In this document: piece by piece, positions 13,571-24,720 of the stretch
How the letters are laid out: every line of letters begins with the position of its first letter
How positions within the stretch are numbered: position 1 is the stretch's first letter
Program-made: the position numbers and the translations under genes
The notes under the pieces: model-generated
What the model was told of the DNA's origin: nothing
Database searches by the model: none
What the model saw: only the letters and a program-made list of their open reading frames with translations
Assembly: GCA_051294375.1 (NCBI GenBank)
Contig: CM119263.1
Span: 29,381,134 to 29,445,133, forward strand
Length of the DNA stretch: 64,000 nucleotides
Source: Paraspadella gotoi
Taxonomy: Eukaryota; Animalia; Chaetognatha
Direction of reading: 5' to 3'

Positions 13571-16500
13571 TCACGAAGTCGCTTCGCGTTTGACTTGGAC
13601 GCGTTCCGGCGTAACGTTCGGGTCCGACGTCATGGCGTTAGACGGGGTCGCTAAAAGGTGCCTCGCCAAATTGTTTTTGTAATTGTGATAATAAGACGGC
13701 GAAGGGTGGATCGGAGAATCTAGGCCTAAAACGGCCTTGTGAAGAACGGATGGTGACATAGAATCACCCGATGAAGAAAGGGAAAGAAGGGACGGAGGAT
13801 CGGCGAGGGTCGGGCGACTCGGTGAATGGGAAGACCGACGAAAGTCGGCGACTTCGGGCGTCGGGGGAGAACTACGAAGTCGCTTAAGATCATTTGAGCA
13901 TTGCTTCGAATCCAACCTGGGGGGCTCCATCGCCTCGGGAGCGAGGAGATCGCCCTCGGTCGGAACAGCGGTCAGTCCTTGAGCAGAGAAACAGGGTACA
14001 CTGAGCGACATTTCCGGTGGTTTCGGCACTTCCAAGGATTTGGAGGGAGCATCAACGGTGCCTTTAGCCATAGGCAGAGCCCTTTGTGAATCATCAATGC
14101 AATTTAACGGTTTCAGGTTTTCAACACTATTAGTTGATAAGCCATTATCAGGAAAATACTGATTTAAATGGGTAGAAGGCAGTGACTTAGAGGGAGTACC
14201 TAAAATAGATGAAGTTACAATTGCTTTATCACTTTTATGATAATCGACACTGTGAGACAATTTAGACCTATTTACAACTTCATTAGTTAAACCTTCACCA
14301 TTAACTGCGGCGGTATTCAAAAAGGGTGGAAGGCTGGATATCATATCGGAATTTCCTGCGAGAAACTTTTGACTGTGATTAAAGTGTGCTTCCATGATCG
14401 CTCTAATTCGCTTCTCATCATGAGAAAATCTTTGCATCACGTTAAAGAGATTCATGTCGATGGGCGCCACGCTCCATTGAGGACGGTTTTCGCGAGGCTT
14501 GTCCTCGACTTCGGGATGCGAATGGAGCGACTTTGAAGCTTGACCTTTATCTTCACAATCTTTCGAAACAGCGAGCAAGTCGGTTTCCTTTGAAGCGACG
14601 TTATTCCGAGCCGGTTGATGTATCATTGGTGCAGCCAATGGAGGAAGAACAGAGTCATATGAGAGTGGAAGTTTAATAGATGAGAAAGGCTGGGTCGGGA
14701 GATCTTGAGCTGTCGGTTGTTTTCCGGAGGAAGGATCAAAAGGAGGAACGAAAACGTTTTGAGGATTCGAAGAAGGCAGAGAAAAGTCTTGATTTACTAG
14801 TATTTTCTGGGCGGGAGTTGGAGAGACAGAACTGAGCAACAGACTCTGGAGAGAAGATGGCTTTGAAGAAGTTGAAGGAGATTGCGGAGAGTATGTTAGG
14901 GCAGGGATACTGGTAGTAGTTGTGTTGGGAACTGTAGAATTGTTCTCACTAGCTTTGTGCCGAACTCTTTGTCGAATCCTTGGAAGCACTGCTTCAGTTT
15001 TATGTCGCTTTCGGTAGTGCAACATAAGGTTATCTCGACGGGCGCAACGATAGGAACACACTTTACATTCAAAAGGTTTCTCCCCGGTATGAGTACGACG
15101 ATGCTCAATGACTTTTTTCATTTGAACCGAAGCAAATCCGCATATATCGCAAAGATAATGAGAATTTTCCTTATGACCTCTCATGTGGTTTTCGATTTCT
15201 GTTTCCCCTTTGTAATTTTCACCACATATTTTACAGCTAAGTGGAACTTCGCCCATGTTTTCACCCATCTGATGCTGTTGCATATGCTTATCATAAGCAC
15301 TCTTCACCCATGTTCTGTAACCGCAAGGGCAATTATAGCTCTCCTCGAGTGGGTCGGCCTTGATGCGATGCCTAACATTATTTGAGTGTTTTTGAACTCT
15401 TCCTTCTCTTTCGTGAACGACCAAATGTGACTTGAATTTATCTTTTCTGGGACTGACGTATCCGCATTTGTCACATGCATATACTTCACCTATTTGATGA
15501 AATGATTTGATGTGACGGTACAAAGAAGTTTTATAAGTAAAGATTATTTCACAGTAGGGACATTTAAAATGCTCACCAGCGAGGTTGTAATCTCCCAAGC
15601 CGTCAATAAAAAAGTCATCAGTGTGAGAACCATTGAAGGAAGGGAGAGGTTCTATTTGAGCAGCTGATGGGATAGGGTGAGCGTTAAGTAGTGACAATGC
15701 AGGGTTTTGCATTAAATGCGAAATATTAGGTTTGGGAATATCCTTCTGGTTAACTACTGAACGGATTTTAGCTTGAATGAAATCGCGTCTCAACTTTTCC
15801 TGGAAAACATGCCGTGAAATGTGATTCTCAAGATTGGTACTCCCATTGGACTCTGGAGAAAAAACGGACTGAAAAGGAAAAAAAGGATTATGATGTAGAT
15901 CACTCGTGGGCAGTAACTCATTTGATGTTGTGGACTCTGGCGTCGAGGAACTGATTTGGCGCTTAATGACTCTCAAATCAAGCGGAGATTCGTGTAACGG
16001 ACTCGGAGTTTCGTCTCGATTTCCACTGGCATACAGATTATTTACGATAGGATTTGAGTTTGAGTAAGAATCGTCATAGGCGCTCATAGGGGAACTTCTG
16101 GTGGACGCCGAAGGATATCCCGCGGTCCAGGAATCTGGATTGCCTTTTTGACTGGAATCAGAGCATGGAGTTTCCGACCTTGATGCTGAGTGAGGTGTGT
16201 TTGAGTTTACTAAATTATCTGAAACAGAATTTCCGTTTTCTGCATAAGGCTGCTGACTGGCTACATTCATAAAACTGTTGTGATTACCAAAAGGTTCGAA
16301 ACGAACAGGATTTTTCTGCTTTCGCCGTCCAGAGCCGCTGCTAGTAATGCTGGAGGTGCTATCCAAGCGCTTATTGTTGTTCATATACGGGAAACTCTTC
16401 GAACATAAATCAAACTGACGATCGAAATCATCCTCAAACATTTCTTCATCACTCGTGCACGACATTCTTTCCGTCGAGTAGTTTTCCAAGGACGAACCAA

Positions 16501-17557
16501 ATTTAAGATTCCACGGTGCTAAGGGCGGTCCCGACCCATTTTCCTCGGAAACCAAATCGTTTTCTTTCTCTATTCCAGTTGGATTGGATTTACAATCACT
16601 TTTGGTTTCGAGAATATTATCTTGGCTCTCTTCCAACAGTTTCTCAAATAAATCGTGGCTTTTTTCGGGTTGAACTTTTGATTTTTCGTGAGCAGAAAAT
16701 AATTTGTAACTAAGATCGACCTCGGACTTTGTTGACAAATCAGTCGCTGCGTTCGAAGAAGGCATTTGTGAATAAGTAGTACTAAGTGAAATAGTTTGTG
16801 AAGCATTTTCTCTCGAAGCCTCGTTATTTTCTTCCGGCCTACGATCCAAGGCTCCGTACGCGCTTTGATTTTCATTCTCGGTTTGATTGCTATCGCCGTT
16901 TCTATCAAGGAAGCCCACGGGCTCGTGGTTGGAGACATCCGCTTTGAGATTTTCTCCATCCCCATTCAAGTGTATTGCTTCCACGCAACCGACATCGTTG
17001 GTTTTCACCAAATCCTCAGCGCGCGTTTCCTCCCGAAATTTTTCGACAGATTCAAGAATTGGCAGAGACACTGGTGTTAATGAAGGCATCCCAACTTCAC
17101 GACCAGAGAGCAAAACGCCCAGGTGGTCATGATTTTGAGCTACGAGTGGTTTTTGCAGACCAGTAATATCCAATTTAGTGTATCCAAGCTTATCTTCATC
17201 ACAGTCGCGGTAGTAATTGGGTAAGAACCCTCGGTTAGTTTCCAAACGATCGCCGGTCAAAACGGGTTGGGGGCCCCACTGGGGAGGCGAGAGGACGGGG
17301 TCCCGGCCTTCCTCGAGCCTAACTCCGTTGAAAGTGGAAGACAGCGAGGGGGGCGCGGCGGGATCGTCGACGCGGGTAAAACTGGGCGGGGCCGCCTCTT
17401 CCGCAACTTCCATTCCTTCGGGAACGGGGCGGGCATCGAACTTCGAGGGAGCGGCCGACTCGCGGGACTTGATCGGAGAAATCAGGAGATTCAACAAGTG
17501 GTCATTCACGTTGATGGGTGAGCGGACGTTGCGATAACCCGATAAATCAACTGACAT
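13571..17557 (-). CDS. C2H2 zinc-finger transcription factor (6 fingers), single coding exon, ~1330 aa
   Basis: Uninterrupted ORF; first ATG at 17557 (the ORF-track start at 17599 is TTG). Fingers CPYC..H..H, CDKC, CPC, CKIC, CDIC..HTGEKPF-CKVC. Also RRKQKNP and PLDLR motifs. Confidence 0.9.
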   Translation of the reverse strand: MSVDLSGYRNVRSPINVNDHLLNLLISPIKSRESAAPSKFDARPVPEGMEVAEEAAPPSFTRVDDPAAPPSLSSTFNGVRLEEGRDPVLSPPQWGPQPVLTGDRLETNRGFLPNYYRDCDEDKLGYTKLDITGLQKPLVAQNHDHLGVLLSGREVGMPSLTPVSLPILESVEKFREETRAEDLVKTNDVGCVEAIHLNGDGENLKADVSNHEPVGFLDRNGDSNQTENENQSAYGALDRRPEENNEASRENASQTISLSTTYSQMPSSNAATDLSTKSEVDLSYKLFSAHEKSKVQPEKSHDLFEKLLEESQDNILETKSDCKSNPTGIEKENDLVSEENGSGPPLAPWNLKFGSSLENYSTERMSCTSDEEMFEDDFDRQFDLCSKSFPYMNNNKRLDSTSSITSSGSGRRKQKNPVRFEPFGNHNSFMNVASQQPYAENGNSVSDNLVNSNTPHSASRSETPCSDSSQKGNPDSWTAGYPSASTRSSPMSAYDDSYSNSNPIVNNLYASGNRDETPSPLHESPLDLRVIKRQISSSTPESTTSNELLPTSDLHHNPFFPFQSVFSPESNGSTNLENHISRHVFQEKLRRDFIQAKIRSVVNQKDIPKPNISHLMQNPALSLLNAHPIPSAAQIEPLPSFNGSHTDDFFIDGLGDYNLAGEHFKCPYCEIIFTYKTSLYRHIKSFHQIGEVYACDKCGYVSPRKDKFKSHLVVHEREGRVQKHSNNVRHRIKADPLEESYNCPCGYRTWVKSAYDKHMQQHQMGENMGEVPLSCKICGENYKGETEIENHMRGHKENSHYLCDICGFASVQMKKVIEHRRTHTGEKPFECKVCSYRCARRDNLMLHYRKRHKTEAVLPRIRQRVRHKASENNSTVPNTTTTSIPALTYSPQSPSTSSKPSSLQSLLLSSVSPTPAQKILVNQDFSLPSSNPQNVFVPPFDPSSGKQPTAQDLPTQPFSSIKLPLSYDSVLPPLAAPMIHQPARNNVASKETDLLAVSKDCEDKGQASKSLHSHPEVEDKPRENRPQWSVAPIDMNLFNVMQRFSHDEKRIRAIMEAHFNHSQKFLAGNSDMISSLPPFLNTAAVNGEGLTNEVVNRSKLSHSVDYHKSDKAIVTSSILGTPSKSLPSTHLNQYFPDNGLSTNSVENLKPLNCIDDSQRALPMAKGTVDAPSKSLEVPKPPEMSLSVPCFSAQGLTAVPTEGDLLAPEAMEPPRLDSKQCSNDLKRLRSSPPTPEVADFRRSSHSPSRPTLADPPSLLSLSSSGDSMSPSVLHKAVLGLDSPIHPSPSYYHNYKNNLARHLLATPSNAMTSDPNVTPERVQVKREATS

Positions 17558-18413
17558 GTCTGGCTTCTTTTTTTTGCTTTTCTTTAAAAATACGTCCAAG
17601 TGGTCAGGACGTTTGTTATTTTATTAAATATATTTTCGATTATGTAACAAACAACTAATAAAAAAAGAACTTTTCAAAACCGTTTCTATCACAGTAAACG
17701 TTTTTTTTTTGTTTCGTTATCTACAAATTAGCACCGTGACCAGAACTCGTTCAAACTAGTTTACGCATAACATCGACGATTGCTTTTTCGCTGGATCCAA
17801 ATTGAACACCTGAAGGCCGGAGCAGTTTAGCTTTTTTAGAATTATATCGTGTTAACCGGTCACCGCAAAAATTTAAACGATTTGTATTACAACGAAATTG
17901 GGGTAAACAAACATGAAAAATAAGGAGCGCCGAATGACGCGCTCAAACTTTCCTCCTTCACTGCGGGCGACTCCCTCGCTTTCTCGGAAAACGCCCCCAG
18001 CGATCAGGGCCGGGAGCGGAAGGGAGAAACCATAACGTACTTTACAAGGCTCATCGCGGATCGAGGAAAGTGGGCGTGGCAGGGACGCGGAAATTGACGC
18101 ATTGCGCGGAGTCCGAAGAATGAAGGATGGAAATGTGAAGGGGGGGGGGAATCGCGTCTCATCTCATGTCGCCGCCTGAAAAAGAAAGAGAAACGACGTC
18201 GCTAATGCGAAGGAGGAGGAGGCAAAAGGCGGCGTCGTTACTGGCGACGAACGACGCCGGATCCTCCGCTCTCGCTCTCGCACCATATTTATCGGCATGT
18301 GACAAAGACGCGTCGCGCTTTGATCTCCGGTCTATCTCATAAAAGCCGGTGACTTCGGGAAAGGCTAGCCTTTTTTCCCCCTCGCATAAAAAAGCCGGCC
18401 TTCTTTGTCGCCA

Positions 18414-18415
<2 letters not shown>

Positions 18416-18460
<45 letters not shown>
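18416..18460. repeat. (GA)n microsatellite (others at ~21275-21305 and ~24352-24378)
   Basis: Directly visible dinucleotide runs. Confidence 0.9.
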
Positions 18461-18466
<6 letters not shown>

Positions 18467-19579
18467 CTCAAGGGAGTAAGGTGCAAGAGAAAAAAAAAGA
18501 ATGAGAAAGGAAAGTAGTGAGGAATTAAAAAAAGAAAACAAAATATAATAAGAAGGTTTATACCATATAGCCTATAGGCAAAGACAGCAAAAAATAATAT
18601 CAAAATAAATAACGTTAGGTTATGTTATTATAAAAATTATTCTTGCTCAAAGATCATGGAAAAGGAAACAATTATTGCAAATTTAGTTAAAATTTAGCCA
18701 ACTATTTGTACACAATAATTTTGAACCCTCAAACAAATATAATTTTTTAAATATTTAAATGTTAAAAAAGAAATATGCCATTTTTACAAAACATTTTTTT
18801 AAATAAAACAAAAAGTAAATCTATAAATTAGATTTAAAGTCTTTTTTTGTACAGATCTTTTCAAAATATTTTTTCTTATATTAATTTTAACCAATTTTGT
18901 TTTAGGTGCTACAGCTAATTAATAATAACTGGATAGATTGACTTTACTGGATTCCTCTTTTAAAAATTTACATTTAACACTCATAATATTTCATTACATA
19001 TAGATTAAAACTTCAATTAATAATCAAAAATTTATTTGATTTTAAAATTTTAAAAATTGATATTTTTTACATGAACTGCCCTCCACTCACTTTTAACTTA
19101 AGAAATTATTAAGAAAATTAGATGGCTTATACCTTTAATATGAGAATACTTAAAATCTAATATTATAATTATTCTATTTATAATGAAAAACATTTTAGAT
19201 GACAACATTATAATTAACTCTAAACCAAAAAAGATACAAATTAAGTACAATCTTTTAAAATTTTTCAATCAAGTTAGCAATCACACTTGCTCATAACTTT
19301 TGAATGGCTTAAATTACAAAAAACCAAAAATGGTATTACAATAAAATTTTGTAAGAGATATATTTTTTGGATAAATTGTAAAAAGAAAGGAAGGAACAAA
19401 GCAGAGAGAAAAAAAATTGGGAAAAGGAATTGGGATAGAGGAAATTAGAGATCATGAAGATAATCAAGCAAAGCATGAGTAATGTATGAGTACGTAGAAT
19501 AAAGAAGGAATGACGAAAGAGAAAGAGAGAGAGAGATACGGCGCACGAATGTCTCACATAAACGATCGGTAACTCTTAC

Positions 19580-20357
19580 CTGGGCGAGCCTCCCCGACGT
19601 GGCGCGCGACCTTCCTCGGGGGAGGAGGGGGAGACAGAGAGAGAATCGGTCTCGCAGTCGCCGAGAAGCAGCAGTCGCAGACTGCGGCGGCTGCCGCGCC
19701 GGCGTCGTTCCGCGGGCTTTTCGTCCGCGAGGATGACTCTCGCGCCGGAAAAAAAAAAAAAACTTGATGAAAGAAAAGGCGACTTGTGTTTTTTTTTAGA
19801 TGCGTTTGGAAGACGATAGATGGTCGATAAAGTCGGCGACGCACCCCCCCCTTTTCCACTCGCGCGGCGCTTCTTTCGGTATTCCCCGTTTTTCGACAAT
19901 CGCGAAGAGTTTGGAAAACGCGACACGTGACTAAAGAGAGAGAGAGAAGGAGCCTTCTCTCTCTCTCTCTTTTCTCTCTCTCTCTCTCGGCGCCAGGGAC
20001 GAGGACGACGACGATGCCGGGTTTTCCTTTTACCCGAGTCACTACCGTTCTTTCTGTCTTTCGCGTTATAAGTCGTTCATACCGACACTTCCTCCTCCTC
20101 CTCCTCCTCCTCCGCCCCCCTACTCGCTCCTCGCCAAAAGTCGTCTGCGTCTTAAAAAGAGATTTATGGAAAAAGGGTTTGTCTGGACGTCGTCGTCGCA
20201 GCCCCGGGTTTTTTTTTCTTTTTTCAATTTTTATTTCTTTTTTTTTTTGCGTGTCCGAGGCGACGACCCGTAATTTTTTTTTTCTTTTTTAAATCTTTTA
20301 TTTCTGTTCTTCTTTTCGTTGAAGTTTCACTTCTCGATCCTCAGTCAAGACGACGGC
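19580..20357 (-). other. Probable non-coding 5'-UTR exon of the zinc-finger gene
   Basis: GC-rich block bounded by acceptor ctttctctttgttccag (~20358) and donor CCCAG|gtaag (~19579). A further donor ctgg|gtaagt lies at ~23696 and an acceptor ggccttcag at ~17811, upstream of the ATG. Confidence 0.45.
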
Positions 20358-21272
20358 CTGGAACAAAGAGAAAGAAATATATTAACGTGGAGCCATCATT
20401 CACGCCGTTAAAATTTTTTTTTTTGGCTATAAAAGTGATAAAATATTATAAATAAAGCTATATATATATCTTTATCACCTCCCCTTCCTCCCTCTCTTTA
20501 CACCCTCTCTTCCAGATTCCGTTAAGTTTTGCTAAGACTAAAATTTCTCGAATTCGCTTCGCGAGGAAAAAAAAATTCTCAACAAAACAATTTTCAAAAA
20601 AAAATGTTAAAACCAAAACAATAGAGAATTTCTTTTTCTTGTGACGGCGGGTCAAAGTCCCCTGGAAATTGATAAACAAGGGATTGAGGTTATGAGAACG
20701 AAAACCGTTTTTTTTTCTTCCCTTTCTTTTTAAAATATTATTTTAGTTTTCTTTTATTAAAAAGGATATTATCTCTATAATAACATTGTCAAACAAATTG
20801 CTTCGCCATTATATTCTCCGCGTGGCTAATTTCTTTTCAAATAATCGATCCGACTCTCCCACCACAACAAACACCTCCCCCCGCCCCCCTCTATAAAGAA
20901 TATTTCAAATAAAAAAAAAAAGTATCGAGAATTTATTTTTTAATACGTTTCGTAAACCACCCCTTTTTTTCCCCGGGACCCCAGCGCGAGATGCGAAGAC
21001 TTAGGTTGAAGAGAGAAGGGGAAAAAAAAGCGAAACGCGTATCTGTTAATTTCAGTTCGGTGAAATATTGAGGTGGTGAGGAGTTCACCAGGCGGTTTTA
21101 GTGTTCGCCTTCTAGCTTCTCCTAGTCTCTCTCTCTCTCTCTCACTGGTAAAATTGGGGGGTCACGACGACCTTAGGCTAAGTAGCTCCTCTCTGCTCTC
21201 CTCCTTCCTCTCGGCGAGGGTAAAATGCCGACGCCGAGAGAACCACGACGAGGCAACTTGGACGCCGCGCTG

Positions 21273-21308
<36 letters not shown>

Positions 21309-24300
21309 CGGTATCGATAAATCAAGGATGACCGGAAATTGGGAGGAGCGAGGGTTTTATCATTATCCTTTTTTACGATTGTGGTACAAACCCAAGTTCC
21401 AACAATGGAGTTTGAAATCAAAATTTGAAAAAAAACCAAACGGGAGAATCAAAAAAAAAGTTTAAATGAAAAAAAGAAAAAGAGAAGAGCATTTAAATAT
21501 AAAGCGATGGCAACAAAGGAGTCATAAAATTCGAAGGGTGTATGAAAAAGAACTAAAATGAAAATAAGAACATTTGTAAAAAAAATTAAATAATATTCAA
21601 AATTGATGAGGTAAACAAAAGGAAAAATAGTCATTAGTCAAGTATATAAAATAGGAGAGAAGAGATCTTCATGAAGAGGAAGGAAAAAAAATTGAGGACC
21701 GAAGAAAGATAAAGAGAAAACCAAAAAAAATTACCAAGTAAGGTGGGAGAGGAAGTAAAAAAAATAGTCTAAACCCAAAAAAAATCAAAACGCACTGAAG
21801 ACGAGAAAGATGGAAGGAAAGGCAAGGAAAGAGGGGAGAGAGAGAGAGAGAATCATATCTAAGTTCAGCTAAACACGAGGTTTCATGGAATTTTAAACAA
21901 TTTTGCTTATTAACCTGCGATTGTTCGGCAATGCGACGCTTCTTTTCTCGTGATTGGAAGGATATTTGACAAAAACACTTACCGAACTGTGAATATTTTA
22001 TCGTTACAAAATACCAATGGTCCCATTTATAGTATAACCCCTATGTTTTTACAATTCCAAACGCATCAATTCTTAAGAATTTTTTTTTTCTAAATCCCCC
22101 TAAACATAAAGGAAGGTTGCCTCGTGGAAGTTTAGAAGCTTATCCAAGCAAGCTTCGATCGGGTGGCTAAAATACCCACTGCCGAACTTTCCTGCAGCAG
22201 CAGCCGTAGCACGACGCTACGATTCAGCTGCTATCCTAGTCAGCCTAGATTCGTTTTTTAGGGAGGATCGGATGAGCGACAGCCAGGCACCGCAAGTATT
22301 AATTGTACGATATTCATAGAGGTAGGAAAAATCGATTACTAAGCGTTACGGAAAAAAAAGAAAATACAACCCCATCCGGTTAAAAAAAACTTATGACGTT
22401 GGAACTAATAGCTCAATGCATCTAATAATGGTGAGATTCTTAAAGAAAATTTAACTCAATTTAAGATTAAATGCACTTAAATTCACAGGATACTATACTA
22501 TACGAACAATCATTAATTCATTAATGCAGCAAATTAAGCTGAAATTTAGAAAATATATGTAATTTATAGAACAATAACTTGAGTAGCTGAGGTATCAATT
22601 AATTATTGCTTCCATATTTAGCTTGGTGACAAGGAGACCCAGATAGTAATAAAAAGACAATAATATAGTGAAACAAGTAATTTTGAAATTTTCATATATT
22701 AGTCACAATGATAAAGAACCCATGACGATTATGAGAAACTTAGAAAATCAACTTTTGTTTTTGTGATGGTAGTGAAAATTATGGCCCAGAGAGCAAATGA
22801 AAGTGGATTTTGAGTAGGTGTCCACTGTCCAACATATAAAGAATCTAATATAATAATCTAATAAAGTCTAATATAGTAAAACAAGTAATCTTGCAATTTT
22901 TCATAATAACTAGAACTAAACTAAACCATAAACTAAAATAACTAAAATTATGGCCCAGAGAGAAAATGAAAGTAGATTTGGAGTTGTCCAAAATATAAAG
23001 AATCTAATACAATTATAATAATAACTATTTTGTTTTAGAGAAAAATATGATCATTTCTTTTAAAGCGTAACGATATTAATCGAATTATAGGCGACTATTG
23101 AAACACCTGGAAGTAATTCCGCAGAATAACCGAAATCATTTTGTTTTAAGCTGAGACAATTAAGGGTCGCTTTTACCGAGACGTTTTCAATGTAGTCTGG
23201 CAAAATAAACACTAAAAGACTGAATTTTTTTCTGGAATGAAATTACCGAAAACCTTTTAATTCAGATTGGTTTTAACTGGTTTTCATCTTCATAACCATA
23301 GTGTAGGACAAGTCTAATAAGGGAAGCACAATAGAAACAGGTTAAAAATAAATACTTTAAAAACACAGTTTGGGAGCAAAAGTATCTCTCCTGTTTAAAA
23401 GTCTATTTTGATAACATCTCAAGTACATCTACTCCTTAAATTCTGTAAATTCAAAACAAATACTGTATGATATCTCTCCCTGCAACACTGGCGGTAACCA
23501 CAAATAATTCCCGAGAAAGCTCTTCGTGGAAGAGAAAAGTTGTTTACTGATTTAGTGATGAAGGGGAGTCGCAGCTAATTCCATCTTAAATTTAAAATAT
23601 CCAGAACATCTCCTTCTCAACGATATTAACGCGTCAATAAAACTATAAATATTATAAAATAATGAGGGCATTCTCCAAAGCGTCCCCGAAACTTACCCAG
23701 CGCGGAGGGGATCTTGAAAGAGGCTATTTCATTTCCCAACCGGTCCAACCGAATCCCCCCTGTCGAAGGAAAAAAGAAAAGGAACGAAGGAGAAAAAAAA
23801 TATTGAAAGAGGGGAAAAAAAAATTTATCTAACCAGTTTTTTTTTTTTTTTTAAACTTACATTAGACAAAAAGAATAATGATATCGTTACTACGTCTTCT
23901 AATGAAGAAGATCCACCGCCTTTCTCGCACCGAGAGAGGAAAGGGCGGACGTGTTGGAAGGATTCACTTGGTTTTCAGGTCGCCCGCTCGACCCTTCCTT
24001 CAAAATTCAATCTTCGGGCTTTAGGTTTTACTCATCCTTTTTTTATTTCTTTTTAGAGACTCGATTTTATTCTTCTTCGAAAAATGAAGCCGTTTGACGG
24101 GTGGACGAACGTCTACGTTTCGATTTGAAGTTTTTCCTTTCGGAGTTGTGTTTTTTTTTTGTTTTTTTTTTGTAATCGTTAGGGTTTCGAGGAAACGTTC
24201 ACAAAAGAGCGTTTTTTCCTTTTTGACGTCTGGCAGTTTCGGTAGCGGCTAGCGGAAAAGGTAGTACATTTTCAAATTTTAGGACAACAAAACTCAAGTT

Positions 24301-24479
24301 CGTAAAGAGGAAAAAAACAGACTCGCGATCAAGAAATTAACAGTCCAACAATAGAGAGAGAGAGAGAGAGAGAGAGAAGATTAAAATTCAAGGGAGAGAG
24401 AGAATTTCGAGGGAAAAAGAAAAATACTTTTTTCTCTCGACAATTTTCGTGGAGAGAGAGAGAGAGAAAGCGAGAACGT

Positions 24480-24720
24480 CGGGAGAAACGAACGAGTCCG
24501 CCGCGGGAAAAACGGGAGACGCAGCGGCGGCGGCGTCGGCGAAGCGGCGAACGCGCGCACTGCTGACGCCGCTCACGGTAAAGATTCTTATTGGCTGCAA
24601 TCCTATCCTCCAGATCTTCGGTCCCCGCATCGACGGCTGAGGCTGCTGAAGCCTCTGAAGCCGCCGCGGGGGCGAGGTGACCCCAGCCTTTCCTAGACTA
24701 CCGCCACCACCTTTTTTTTT
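24480..24720 (-). promoter_or_regulatory. Candidate promoter/TSS region of the zinc-finger gene
   Basis: GC-rich island with a CCAAT box (AGCCAAT on - strand ~24590) flanked by GA microsatellites, upstream of the putative UTR exons. Confidence 0.3.

Noticed and set aside
22640-23010. Local direct duplication (and 19-bp tandem duplication at ~7337-7376)
   Set aside because: Ordinary intronic duplications without further structure.
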